Origin: Monocercomonoides exilis PA203
Taxonomy: Eukaryota > Protista > Preaxostyla
NCBI GenBank assembly: GCA_001643675.2
Contig: LSRY02000027.1
Location: 186,001-250,000 of the forward strand
Length of the DNA stretch: 64,000 bases
Direction: 5' to 3'
Part shown: piece by piece, positions 23,631-35,509 of the stretch
Numbering within the stretch: the first letter of the stretch is position 1
How the letters are laid out: every line of letters starts with the position of its first letter
Notes under the pieces: generated by a model
Told to the model about the DNA's origin: nothing
The model's input: the letters and a program-made list of their open reading frames with translations, nothing else
Database searches by the model: none
Position numbers and translations under genes: made by a program

Positions 23631-24541
23631 ATGGCTACAAGTGTGTAAATTGAAATTTTCATTTTTATTTGATGACTTTTGTAAGGAGTGCAATTTGAAA
23701 ATAGCAGTGAAGTTGGAGTTTTTGCAAAATTGACAAGCAAGTATTGCATTACGCCTCAGGGAAATCCTCAATTTTATTCAGTGTTTGAAGGAGAACTTTC
23801 TGACCATATCCCTGTTATTCAAGCTACTTTCGCAGGAACTAAAATTTTAGGAAGATTGTGTGTTGGTATGCTTTTGATATATTTAAAGTGTTGAAATTTT
23901 AATTTTATTTTGCAAACAATTGAAAAGGAAATGCAAAAGGATTGCTTGTTCCTCACACCACTACTGATGCTGAGATAGCTCATTTGCGATCTTCTTTGCC
24001 AGATTCTGTTGTTGTTCAACGACTTGAGGAAAAATTATCTGCACTTGGAAATATTATTGCATGCAATGATCATGTAGCGCTTTTACATCCTGATGCAGAT
24101 GCTGTGTGTTGATTATGTTGCATTATATAGCTTTTTTATTTCTCTGTTCTTTTTAAATATTTTTCATGAAAGGCCACTGAAGAAGCTATTAAAGATGTGC
24201 TTGATGTTGATGTATTCAGGCAGTCCATTGCTGGGCACACTCTCGTTGGTTCGTATTGTCATTTTACAAATCAGGGAGGACTTGTTCATCCTATGGCCCC
24301 TATTAAAGAGCTGGAAGAATTATCAAATCTTCTCGAAATTCCTCTTGTTGCTGGTACACTTAACAGAGGATCTGATGTGATTGGTGCTGGAATGGTTGCA
24401 AATGATTGGAGTTGTTTTGTTGGATTAGAAACAACTTCAACTGAGCTTTCCGTTATTGAGCGAATCTTCAGACTGAATGAGGTTGCTCCACTTGCGATTG
24501 CAGCAGATCTTCGAAGAGAGATTGGAGAAGAAATGATATAA
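23631..24541 (+). CDS. EIF6: Eukaryotic translation initiation factor 6, 4 exons
   Basis: MATR|[12 protein letters not shown]...GRLCVG|NAKGLLVP...[20 protein letters not shown]...[21 protein letters not shown]...[10 protein letters not shown]; 10-nt first exon, intron 23641-23685. Confidence 0.97.
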
Positions 24542-24939
24542 TTGAAGTGTTTTTTAAGAATTTAAATGAGTCAATAGGTTCATAGCATAAGCAAAAATAA
24601 TTTATGCGTTGGAAAAGAATTAAAGATATATAATTTTTATATAGCTTTGATAAAGACAGAAAGTAATATTCTTTTTCGACCATATTATTTTAAGATAATT
24701 TTTAAGATCAACACGTTTTTATCTTTTATTTCCTCATATCATTTTAAAATCTAATATTCTAAATATAAGTGTTGAATAATAAGAAACAATCTTATTTGCC
24801 TCTTTTTAATTTTATGAAATTATTTTCTTTTATTTTTTGTTAACAAATTAGAAATTCATTAGCTGGCACTCTGAAACAATATACATATCAGTAGTTTTTT
24901 ATTATAGAAAATGTTCTAAATTGCAAAAATTGAAACTTC

Positions 24940-26105
24940 AAATGGGGGAAAATATGAACATTCAAGCATTTTTTTCACAAGGCATTGAAAAATAGCTTCA
25001 CTCATAACTTTATTTCGCTTTCTCAGATTTCAAAATAAATTTGATTTTCATATCCGTAAACAGGCATCGTTGGAATCAAAACATAAAGTTTTCCAACATT
25101 ACACGAATGTCAAAAAATGTACTCATTTTTATTGTGTTTTTTGATATGAAAAAGTTAATGAAAAGTGCATAATTTTTCAATGAAAATGTCTGAAGCAAAA
25201 TATTTAACCCTATATGGGGGAAAATATGAGACTTCAAGCTTTTTCATTGAAAATTTTTGCACATCAGATGAGCTTTTTTAGATTAAAAAACACTACAAAA
25301 ATTTGTTTATTTTTTGAAAAGCATGTGAGGTCACAAAACTTTTTAGTGTTTCATCGATGATGTTTGTTCACAGAAATGAAAATCTAATTTATTTTGAAAT
25401 CTGTTAAAGTTTAATAATTTTATGAGCGAAGCAATTATTTAGTGCTTTGTGCAAAAAAGGCTTGAAAGTCCGTATTTTTCCCCATATCGGTTCTCAAAAT
25501 TCTTAAATAAATACGTGCACAACTTTAAAATCGAGAAAGCTGATAAAAGAATGATGAATTGAGAAGTTACAGAAGAAGAGAATGTTTAAGGAAGATTGCT
25601 TCGATTACTGGAATTTTCCTTTTGAGACCATCAATTGCAAAATGAACAACATTCTGAGTTTATTGGTAATATTGTTCAGATGTTTCGAACAGTGATTAGT
25701 TTTCTCACAGAAATAGGGTTAAATGCAATGACTTGTGAAGGAATACCTGATACGATCTGTTGAAGACAAATTCTTGTCAGGAAGACGGCAAGTGGAGTAT
25801 ATCCTGGTACCAAGGTTATCCCACCCACTATTTATATCATTTTCATTTCTGAAATTTCTTCAAGGGTTAACCCAAACCCTCATTTTGCTCGGCAAAACCC
25901 TTGACCATCACACTATCCAATATGAAATTGTTTAACTCGTCAAAACCCTAAAACCTAAAAAGCACGATAAGAATATTTTACAGAATATCAATAATTAAGG
26001 GAGTTGATCATGTGGTACCAGTATCTTCTCCATTTGCCTATGAGCGAAGCAATTTTTCAATACTTTGTGCAAGAAAAGCTTGAAAGTCCGTATTTTCCCC
26101 CAATT
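24940..26105. mobile_element. Cluster of degenerate MITE-like ends: two left ends (~24941-25008, ~25208-25250) and two right ends (~25421-25492, ~26039-26105)
   Basis: A ~65-bp motif atgggggaaaatatg..ttcaagc..cacaag.cattgaaaaatagcttcactcata and its reverse complement tatgagcgaagcaatt..tgtgcaa..gcttgaaagtccgtattttcccc occur in inverted orientation. One left end reads TTAA-CCCTATATGGGGG. Confidence 0.65.
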
Positions 26106-27490
26106 GAGAAAATATGGAGCGAAATATTTTGCTCAATAATTTTTGTTCCATTCTTCTCTTTCAAATATTTTTCTCTAATTTTAAAATTCTTCTGTAATTA
26201 TTTGCATAGTTTCGGTTGATTTATAATGAAGCGATTGTAGAAAAAGTTTTGAACAATTCCCAGTTTTTTTCAAAATTGGAAAAATTTTGCCCCATATTCC
26301 AAAAAAAATAGATATAATTTTTTGATTATAAAATTCAATATATTTCATTCCACCCAACATTCACAAAATAGTCTGCTATGTTCAACGATAAATCAGATAA
26401 AAACATTTCATTGAAAAAATAAAATGTTTTATGGAAACTTGTGATGATATCTTCGTATCCTTCTTCTTCCATTTTGTCAAACATCATTTTTGAAATCGCT
26501 TCATATGCTTCCTTGTGTATTTTTCCACTAAATCTTTTTGAAATTCCCAAACAGAACCCCAAGCAATCCCATGCAAGTTTATCTGAAAATGAAAACAGAT
26601 GAAGTTCACTCACAAACAAATCAATTGCTCCGCCTTTCAGCAAATACACAACACATGCACTTTCATTTTGCACTATTGCTTGAAAAAGATCAATGCACTG
26701 TCTAAATATTACTCTTTCATTCTTTTTTGTTGCTTCACACAGACTAGCAAGGCAACAAATCAGTCCAACACTTTCATCAGTCCACATTTTGCACACCCAA
26801 AAATAAGAATCTAATACATTGATCCATCTCATTAATGTCACGAATTCGTTTGTATCTTTTTCTCCTTTTTCTTCTCTCTTCTTCCATTCTATGCATTTTA
26901 TCAAAGCTTCTAATTCTTTGGTTGCTTCTCTTGAAAAATGAAGTTTATTTACAATCACACTTGTCAAACTTTCGTCTTTGAAGAGTTGTGTGATCAAAAA
27001 CTTCCAAGCTGATTGATATGCAATACGTGTCATGTTTCTATGCTCTTGATGATATTCGATGATTTCTATAATCTTTTTCAAATACAGATCTTTTTTGATT
27101 TTCTCAACAAAAAATGCAAAATTCAATGATGAGTATGCTAATATTTATGTTAAACCTTTGAAGAGTATATGCAACTCAAAGCCAATAAAGCCATTTCCAC
27201 TTCTTTCCGATCTCCCTCGTTTTTTTCTTTCCTTAATGCAACCTTCAGAAGGCAAGGAACACAGATTGAAAGCAATTCTGGAGAATAATAGCGGTTTAGA
27301 AAAAGATAACATCCACAAAGATCAACAAGAAGCTTTTCATCCTTTTCAAATTTCTTCTTCTTTTCTTCAATTATCATCTTTTCAAACCTTGTACAAAGCA
27401 AAGTATTTTTAAAACATGAGTCGAACATACAATTCAATGAGTTGAAACATCCCATATGCTTCAGCAATAAATTAGCATTTTCCAAAGATA

Positions 27491-27899
27491 CCATGGGTGC
27501 TTAACCCGCACCCTGGTGCCAAACCCGCCCCCTGCAAATTTCTTGAAAATAGAGATATTTATTTTTGCTTGTCACAGTTGTTCATTGATAGTGAATTTGA
27601 TTGAAACTTATTCAAAAAAATTATATATTTTATTTTTTTATAAAAAGACTTTCAGAAAAATGGATTTATAATATTTTAATTTGGAAAAGAACTTTATCTA
27701 TATTTACTGAAAAAGAAAAAAAGAAGAGTTCAAAAAATATGCACACGCTTGTTTGTTAATGTGTTTTCAAATATCTTTATTAGTTTTTTGGATTTGAATT
27801 ATTCAGCAACAAATTTCGCTTTTTAATTTATTGATCAATTCCATTAAAATGTGAAAAACGAATCGAAAGTTCAGTAGCTGCATTGATAGAGGTTTGTGA
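27491..27899 (+). repeat. Left terminal inverted repeat (409 bp)
   Basis: Starts CCATGGGTGCTTAACCCGCACCCTGGTGCCAAACCCGCCCCCTGC; identical to the right TIR. Confidence 0.97.
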
Positions 27900-29284
27900 A
27901 AATTGTTTCAAATGATTTACTATTACAGCTTTGTATTATTTATGTTATTACTTATTATTTTGTTTTATAACTCATCTGTTTTTTAATTTGAATTATTTAA
28001 TAAATTTATTCTCTTATTAATTTGTTTTGAATATTTAATATTTGATAAATTGTTTCCATGGTTTAGATGTTATAACTTATTTATTGTTGATGTTGGTCAA
28101 GTTCCAATATTTTTCTTTTGTGAGTTTTGGTGATACGAATTTTTTTTGACGATTATTTTTGGTTATTTTATTGTTTTCAAAATTGTTATTTACGTTCTGC
28201 GTATAAATGTTGTTGCACATATGAATGTTTTATTCACTTGTCACAAAGATGTCAGATTTGCAAATTATGAGCTTTTTGTTTTTAATGATATTTTCTTTAC
28301 AAAACTGTTGTTTTCAGAATGGCTATTTTTTAACAATGATTGTGATGGAATACATTTAATCTTTGATTTTGTATTCATTTTATAATCAAGTTATATTTAA
28401 CCTGAACTGTCGTATTCAAGAGATTAATCTCACTGACAAAAATTAAAATACTTTTTTCAATAAGGATGATAACTGAAAAAAAATATAATTAGAAGAAAAA
28501 TAAATTAGTCATTCATCGATATAACTATAAAAATGTGAAAAAATTTCCAAAATGTTATAAAAATAGTTCAATTTGAAAATTAGCTCACAATTTTCATGAA
28601 AATACGTTTATCCTTGGAAACAAATATTTTTTGCAAATCATTATTAAAGAATAATAATTATGAAATTGTTTCAAGAAATTTGAATGATATGATTAGACTG
28701 TCTTCGCTTATCAAAAGCAATTTTTTACAAAAAAAGGAATTGAAAAGTGCTCTTAAATACAAGTGAAATGAGAAGAAAGGCATGTGAACTGACAGATGAA
28801 AATATGTTTTATAAAGAAAATTACAATTTTCAAATAAAAAATCTGCATTTGGTTCAACGCAGTCACATTCGTTTGCATGATCACATATTTTTAAGGAAAT
28901 TTATAAATTTGGAAAAAACATGGAATTTGAAATAATTCACATGATAAATACTTTCAACAAGTTAATGATAATATGAAATTTTGATGATAATATTGAAAGT
29001 TGCAGAATGTTTCCTGATCAGTGAAAAACAACAATTCGAAATTTGATTTCAAAAACATAAAAATAATTAAATGAATTTAAAATAAAAGTGTTTGAAAATT
29101 ATGAAAATAATTATCTTCATTTAAAAAAAGTTATTAAAAAAGACAAAATACATTTCTATCGCCAATCAAATATAAATGTACCACAAATCAATCAAAGTTA
29201 TCGTATACATCGATTATAACATTAAATAATCAACATTTTATATAATAAAAGCAAGTTTTCATTGAAAAACACTTGAAACAATTC

Positions 29285-29693
29285 TCACAAACCTCTATCA
29301 ATGCAGCTACTGAACTTTCGATTCGTTTTTCACATTTTAATGGAATTGATCAATAAATTAAAAAGCGAAATTTGTTGCTGAATAATTCAAATCCAAAAAA
29401 CTAATAAAGATATTTGAAAACACATTAACAAACAAGCGTGTGCATATTTTTTGAACTCTTCTTTTTTTCTTTTTCAGTAAATATAGATAAAGTTCTTTTC
29501 CAAATTAAAATATTATAAATCCATTTTTCTGAAAGTCTTTTTATAAAAAAATAAAATATATAATTTTTTTGAATAAGTTTCAATCAAATTCACTATCAAT
29601 GAACAACTGTGACAAGCAAAAATAAATATCTCTATTTTCAAGAAATTTGCAGGGGGCGGGTTTGGCACCAGGGTGCGGGTTAAGCACCCATGG
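29285..29693 (-). repeat. Right terminal inverted repeat (409 bp)
   Basis: Ends ...GGGTGCGGGTTAAGCACCCATGG followed by TA. Confidence 0.97.
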
Positions 29694-30899
29694 TAATTTC
29701 TTTTCTTCAATCATTTCGTAGATTTTGTTGAAATTCTTTGTTGTGAATATAGAATAAAGTTCTTCATTGTCCATCTCATCCATAGCTTTGTTCGTTTCTT
29801 CGATTTTCTGTTTCTGCACTTCGTAATCACAATTTCCAAGTTCATTAAACAGTTCTTCGAAAACAATGAAAATAGAAAAATAAAAATCATCAGAAATTCA
29901 AATGCAACAACAATTGCAAACCAGAAAACTTATTTTCGAATTTCATGTTCTTCTATTTTTTGTGAAATATTATGTTCAGAAAACATTGAATGTTTACCAT
30001 TTTCATAAAAAATTTACAACAAAGATAGCATAATTTGGAAATGAAATTTTAAAACAGAATTTCAATATTAGTACTCATACAATTATTTTAGATGTTGATA
30101 TTTTGTTTTGATTTGTAACTTCAAACAAAACCAACTGTTTTTAAAATTCTTTTTTGCAATGGAATATTTGATCTTGATTTTGAAAAATCCAAAATAAACT
30201 ATTCACATACTGAGATAACGATAAAAAAAATTGTACGACACGGCAATTCTGGTATCAGTTTTACGAGAGCAATATGGAACAATTATTCAAAGATCGTGAA
30301 ACAATATATTGTTCAAATTATCAATCTTTTCTTTGCAGATAAACAGCGAGGAAGAGAGCTGGACGTTGAGATTCATACATGAGAGAGAATAATAAACAAA
30401 AATTGATATTTAACTCGTGTTTCATTGGAATAAGTGGTAAATGCATATTTATTAAAGAGTCGATTGGACCAATATGAGAAAGTCAGAAAAGAGCACATAA
30501 ATGAAGGGAAAGAATATAAATGGATCTTTATTAGAACTTATTAGAAAGAAGATCGATAATCAAGCGTTATTAGTGATATTCAAGAAATTGACAGGATGGA
30601 AAGGATGTAATATTTGCTAAAATTGGATAAAGAAGAGGAAAATGAAGGGCGTTTGAAGTCAAAAAATTCGAAAAAAATGTTTCTTATAAAACAATCAGTT
30701 ATACTTGCATTTTTGAAAACAAGAAACTCTCTCATTGCTCTTTTATAGGGAACGTAGATTGTAGTTTTTATATTTTTTATTTTATTTTATTTTTTGAAAA
30801 CTAAATTATCAACAAATGAAATGCAGATGATTTGGCTTTTCCAATTATGAGGACTTATAAGTGGTAGAACTTGCATTTGTTAAAATTTATCTATTCCAA

Positions 30900-31200
30900 A
30901 TGTGTTTGTCGCATGGTTATGAGCAATAATTTCATTCAAGTTCTCATGTTTCATCTTCTCGAAACTATATGAACATGCATAATATTTATCTATCTTCTTT
31001 CTACTCCTTCTTTATGTTCCTCTGTATCTTCTTCATGCTCTTCTTCTTGATTCTCATAATCATTATTAAAGAAAGATTAAAATCATCTCCAAGATTTTCT
31101 TGATCGTAATTATCTTTTAATAAATGTCAAATATCTCATTCAGACATGAGACAAACAAAACATGAAAGCTCTTGTTGGATGACATGTTCATTGACTGTTG
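30900..31200 (-). pseudogene. Possible decayed coding fragment (RKSWR*F*SFFNNDYENQEEEHEEDTEEHKE)
   Basis: Coding-like acidic stretch broken by stop codons; family not identified. Confidence 0.3.
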
Positions 31201-32219
31201 GATTTCCAAATGAAATCCGTTCTTGAATTGAATATTTCCCGTTTTTAACTATATTTTAATGTAATTCAAAGATACAACTTTGAATTGATGACGTGCAAAA
31301 TTAATTCTCATGCAGCTTATAAACACACTAATTGATATAAACATTTTAATCAGATTTGATTTTAATAATTATTCTTATTGGTTTATTAAGAAAATGATAA
31401 TAAATACAGGTTTTTTTTCATAACGATTAATTACTGGCTGTGAGGAAAAAATGAACTGAATAAAAAAATTGAATTTCATAAAAATAAGTGACAACTAATA
31501 TTTTATTTTTAGAGAAATATTTTATCAAAATTCTACTGCGAATTTTTTATTGTTATTGCAAAACTTAATTTGCATTTTCACTCTGAAACATCTCCTTCCT
31601 GTAAAACAAATATGCAATTTGTTGTTTTCAAACAAACTTACAATAATAAAAGCTTTCACTTTCGCAAAACAAATTCGTAACAATCGTTATTCCTTTGAAT
31701 TCTTGAAACTTTATGTAAAATGCTACAATCAAATATCTATAAAATTCTTTCAAAACAAATAAAAAAATAATTAATTTTACAAAGAAACGACAGTATCACA
31801 ATTAGTTGTCTTTCAACCCATATGAACCATCATCTCGTTTGCAGACACTCGAAAAAAAAATGTAATTCATAAAAAATACTCGTAACCCCAAATTATAACA
31901 CAAAAAAGAAAATATATTGTAAACACTCAACAAATTAGTAAATAAATATGAATAAATTAAAATCAAATCACAAAATGAAATAAAGCAAACATATGAACAA
32001 CAAAAATTGAAGTGTAAAAAAGCGGAAAATTCAAAGGAAATAAATTTGATATACATAAACAAGTCAACTTCACTCTTGTATTTTGAACTACTTTTCACAC
32101 ATTACAGCGATAAAATTATTATTTAAGCATAATTCTTCTTTTGAATGTCTCAATATTCAACATTTGAAACACATTTCTTTTTGACATTTCAATCAACAAT
32201 TTTCTTGTATACAACTCTT

Positions 32220-35200
32220 TCATAAAGAGGCAGCAGTAGAAATGCCTTCTAATGCCTTGTTTCCTTCGCTCTTTCCAGTCAGATCGAGTTTTTCACTGCA
32301 AGAATGAGACGAGTCAAGAGATGGGGAGTTCTTCACTGGAGTCGAAGCACCAGCCACACAGCCAGAAAAGGAGAGAAACAGAAGAGAAGACGAAGAAGAA
32401 GGAGGAGGTGTTGAAGAAGAAGAGAAAGGAGAAGACGACGACGAAACAGAAGGCAGCGATGAAGAGAGTGAAACATCTGTTTTCTGTTCGCCTTGACCAG
32501 AAGAAGTGCTTGAGCTATTAGAATGACGAGAAGAACGATGCACATCAGACGATTCTGGAAAGAGCACATTCCGATAAGATCCATCAACAGATGAAAGTGT
32601 CATTTTTGGATCAACCTCTTCATTTTGTGCATGTTGTTCCGTATTCTCTTTGGAGGTGCTGTGAGAAGAATGCAATCTGCCATCTTGTTTGACATCACAT
32701 GCCCTGCTGTTCTTCATCTGAGAGTTCATCAATTCTAAACATGACTCAATCTTGCGGTGGAGATAGAGCACTTCCTTCTGAAGCTGCTGCTGCTGAAGAA
32801 CCAAAGAGACAAGAACACTCGACGAGATGGTTGTGTATTGCTGTGCTTGTGGAAAGGAACTACACTCAAAGTGAGTTGCAGAAGAAGAGACTCCAACAGG
32901 AAGAGGAAGAGGAAGAGGAAGAGTATTATGAATAGGAATAGGAATATGAGGAGGAGGAGGAGGAGGAGGTGGTGGTGGTAGAGGCAAAGAACGATTTAAT
33001 TGATTTGAACGAGAAGATGGAAGAGAAGGAGGAGGAGGAGGAGAAGGCAAATGAGGTAGAAACGAGAGAAAAGGAAGTGGCAGCTTGGGAGGTGGAACAG
33101 AAAAACTAACAGAAGAAGACGACTTTGATGAAAGAGAATCATTTAAATTGCAGCTGGATGTGCTGCTCAAAAATGTATTCACATTTTTATTCGCACCAAA
33201 TGCTGAAATTTGAGGGAATGATTTTGAGTCTGCTGTTGTGTTAGTTGCAGAATTAGACGTAGACACCGACGAGGAAAGAGAAGATTGCACTTCTCGTTCT
33301 TTTTGTCTGTCAGAACTTGAAGTCTTTTCTTGACACAGATTGTTTGCTTTAAGTGTGTCACTTTGAGAAAAGCAGAGATTTGACAAAGAATCAGAACAGA
33401 TGCAATTAGAGGCAGCATTTCTATTGTCAGATGGAATGATGCTATTTGCAGGAGGATGATGAAGTGGATGAGAGGAATGATCAACAAAAGCATTCGAAGA
33501 GTTACATCTTTTGGATGTGTCAGATGACAATCTCTTGTTGATTGAAGAAGTGTCTCTTTCAGACGAAGATAAATTAGTTGAATGAGAGGCAGATGATAAT
33601 GACATAAAATTTGTGGATGCAGATGAAGATGGTAATGAAGACGACAGCGCAGATAATGATGAAGACGAAGGAGGAGGCAGAGGAGGAAGTCCAAGTGACG
33701 AAAGATTGCAAAGCTGCTTTGAGCTTATCAAACTTTGCTGCGTGTTATTTAAAGGCATTTGGTGCGACATTTTTGACTCAGAAGATGAAGAAGCCAACTG
33801 AATTTGCTGCTTTTGCTGTGGAGGGGGCGGAAGGAACAGAGGCAGAGCTGATGGAAATATATTAGCCTCAGCAGAAGGAATACGTACAGAATGTCCCAAA
33901 GAAACTGATTTTTGATTAATTTCAGTTGATGGACTGTGTTGATTCTGAGAAGGAGAAGACTTTATGATTGAAGATGGCTTCATATCCGCCTTTTGTGTGA
34001 ACTGTTGATTTTCTTTGCAATTTAGTTGGTTGGTTGTTGTGGATGTGGAATGAGTCAAAGTTATTCTATCCAATTTTTGACTGACCGCTGGTAATGTTTC
34101 TTTTTCTTCATCTTTTTCTTTTCCCTTTTCTTTTTCTTTCGGAGGTACACTCACAAAATCTGCAGACATAGTCAATTGCGATGAAGTTGTATTATCAGTC
34201 TCAATTGCAATGTGTGGATTAATTATTCCTATTGTCTTTTTATTCATCGGAGGAGCAGATGCATTCATTTGGAATCGAGTTGAGTCAGCCACTGCTGTTG
34301 ACACAGGATTAGAACTGTGAGATGTCAGAAGAGACTGACTGAGAGAATTCTGCTGCACAAGAGACGCCTCTTCTGCTGTCTTGTTGCTGACAGTCGATAA
34401 CACAGAGGAAGAAATAGACTGCTCCAAACGAGGTGAAATGTTTGTGGATTTGGCAGAGTCCTTTTTGGTTATGAGTTTGGTTGATGCTCCAGAAGAATAA
34501 AGCGAAGAGGCAGAAGAAGAAGATGATGATGATGAAGACGAATGATTTAATGACGAGAACAGTTTAGAGGGAGAAAAAGAATTTTGAAGCGATGGTACTG
34601 GAGTTGCTGAAGCGGTTGAAGATGAAGGAGAAGATGCACTATTAATTGTAAAGCTGCTTTTTTGCTTCTCACAAGGAGATGCAACTTTCAAAGGACTTGA
34701 AAAATCATTTGTTAATACATGATTGGGGCTGCAGTATATCGTATATATTCGCTTCTTAAATTTCGAAAAAAGCGTTAAATCCACATATAGATTCCATTTC
34801 ATTTTCATAAAAAATTGTAACTCTAAATAGCACAGCTCCTTGACATGAACTCCTCCCTTTGAAGCATAAAATGTATTTGGATAATATTTATCATCATAAT
34901 ATTTTATTGCCAATAAAACGCTAAAAATATTTCAATAATGATAACAATGCAAAAAATCCATAAACCATTTTGAAAGATCAAACCTTGCAAGATATGCCCG
35001 ATGAATACTTCTTTCATTAATTCTCATAATTTTTGCCTTCTTTATTTGTTCAAGATAATAAGCAGCCAAAGCAAAACAAACTGGATTGCAGACAAAATTT
35101 TTCATAAGCCTATTTTCAAACGAAAATATGAAAATAAAAAATTGCAAAAATATGCATACATTTGCAAATATTGACTGATATTTAGTGAAGGAGGATTAAT

Positions 35201-35329
35201 TGTAACGAAGGTTTGATCCTCTGGGCAAGTATCTTGAAAGTTCTCGTTGTCTTTAACAATGGCTGTTAAATAGCAGGATACTGTGTAATACGTTTCAAGA
35301 AATAAATTTTCGCATGGCTTCACTTCCAT
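32220..35329 (-). CDS. P/U-type (Pho80-like) cyclin with long Ser/Pro-rich C-terminal tail, 3 exons
   Basis: PSLNISQYLQ|RLMKNFVCNPVCFALAAYYLEQI...SIHRAYLA|SVLLAIKYYDDKYYPNTFYASKGGVHVKELCYLELQFFMKMKWNLYVD is the cyclin-P/U box. Confidence 0.88.
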
Positions 35330-35509
35330 CTCATTTGGACTCTAAAATATCAGAAAAAAACAAGAAAAAAAAAATCTGATTCAAATTATTCTTTATGGGA
35401 AATTGAAGAAAAAACCTATAAAAATTTTTGTTGGTGAATACTCTTTATTTATTCATGGAGATGTGAATATATGCAACTTCAACTTCATTAGAATGGGTTG
35501 GAAAAAAAT

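Larger units (their letters stand above)
27491..29693. mobile_element. 2,203-bp non-autonomous DNA transposon / foldback element with 409-bp perfect TIRs and TA target-site duplication
   Basis: 27491-27899 is the exact reverse complement of 29285-29693 (checked line by line). TA flanks at 27489-27490 and 29694-29695. No intact internal ORF longer than 80 aa. Confidence 0.95.
26335..29946 (-). pseudogene. Member of a multicopy lineage-specific family (KMEEEGYED...ADYFVN signature), interrupted by the TIR element
   Basis: MKFENKFS|ELFNEL...YEMIEEKKL [insert] SLENANLLLKHMG...LSCIYSSK|KIKKDLYL...ADYFVNVGWNEIY*. Paralogous to 63373-63999. Deleting 27491-29693 plus one TA restores the frame. Confidence 0.85.

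Noticed and set aside
25860-25960. Telomere-like aaaccct(a) motifs
   Set aside because: Few, scattered and imperfect; not an array.
27900-29284. Intact core ORF under a TAR=Gln code
   Set aside because: The frames I read also contain TGA, and flanking conserved genes use TAA/TAG as stops.
27491-29693. Polinton/Maverick or ciliate-like IES interpretation
   Set aside because: The TSD is 2-bp TA rather than 6 bp, the termini are not AG...CT, and nothing in the sequence shows programmed excision.
29513-29819. Short ORFs running into the right TIR
   Set aside because: Host exon reading through into TIR sequence; not independent genes or a transposase.
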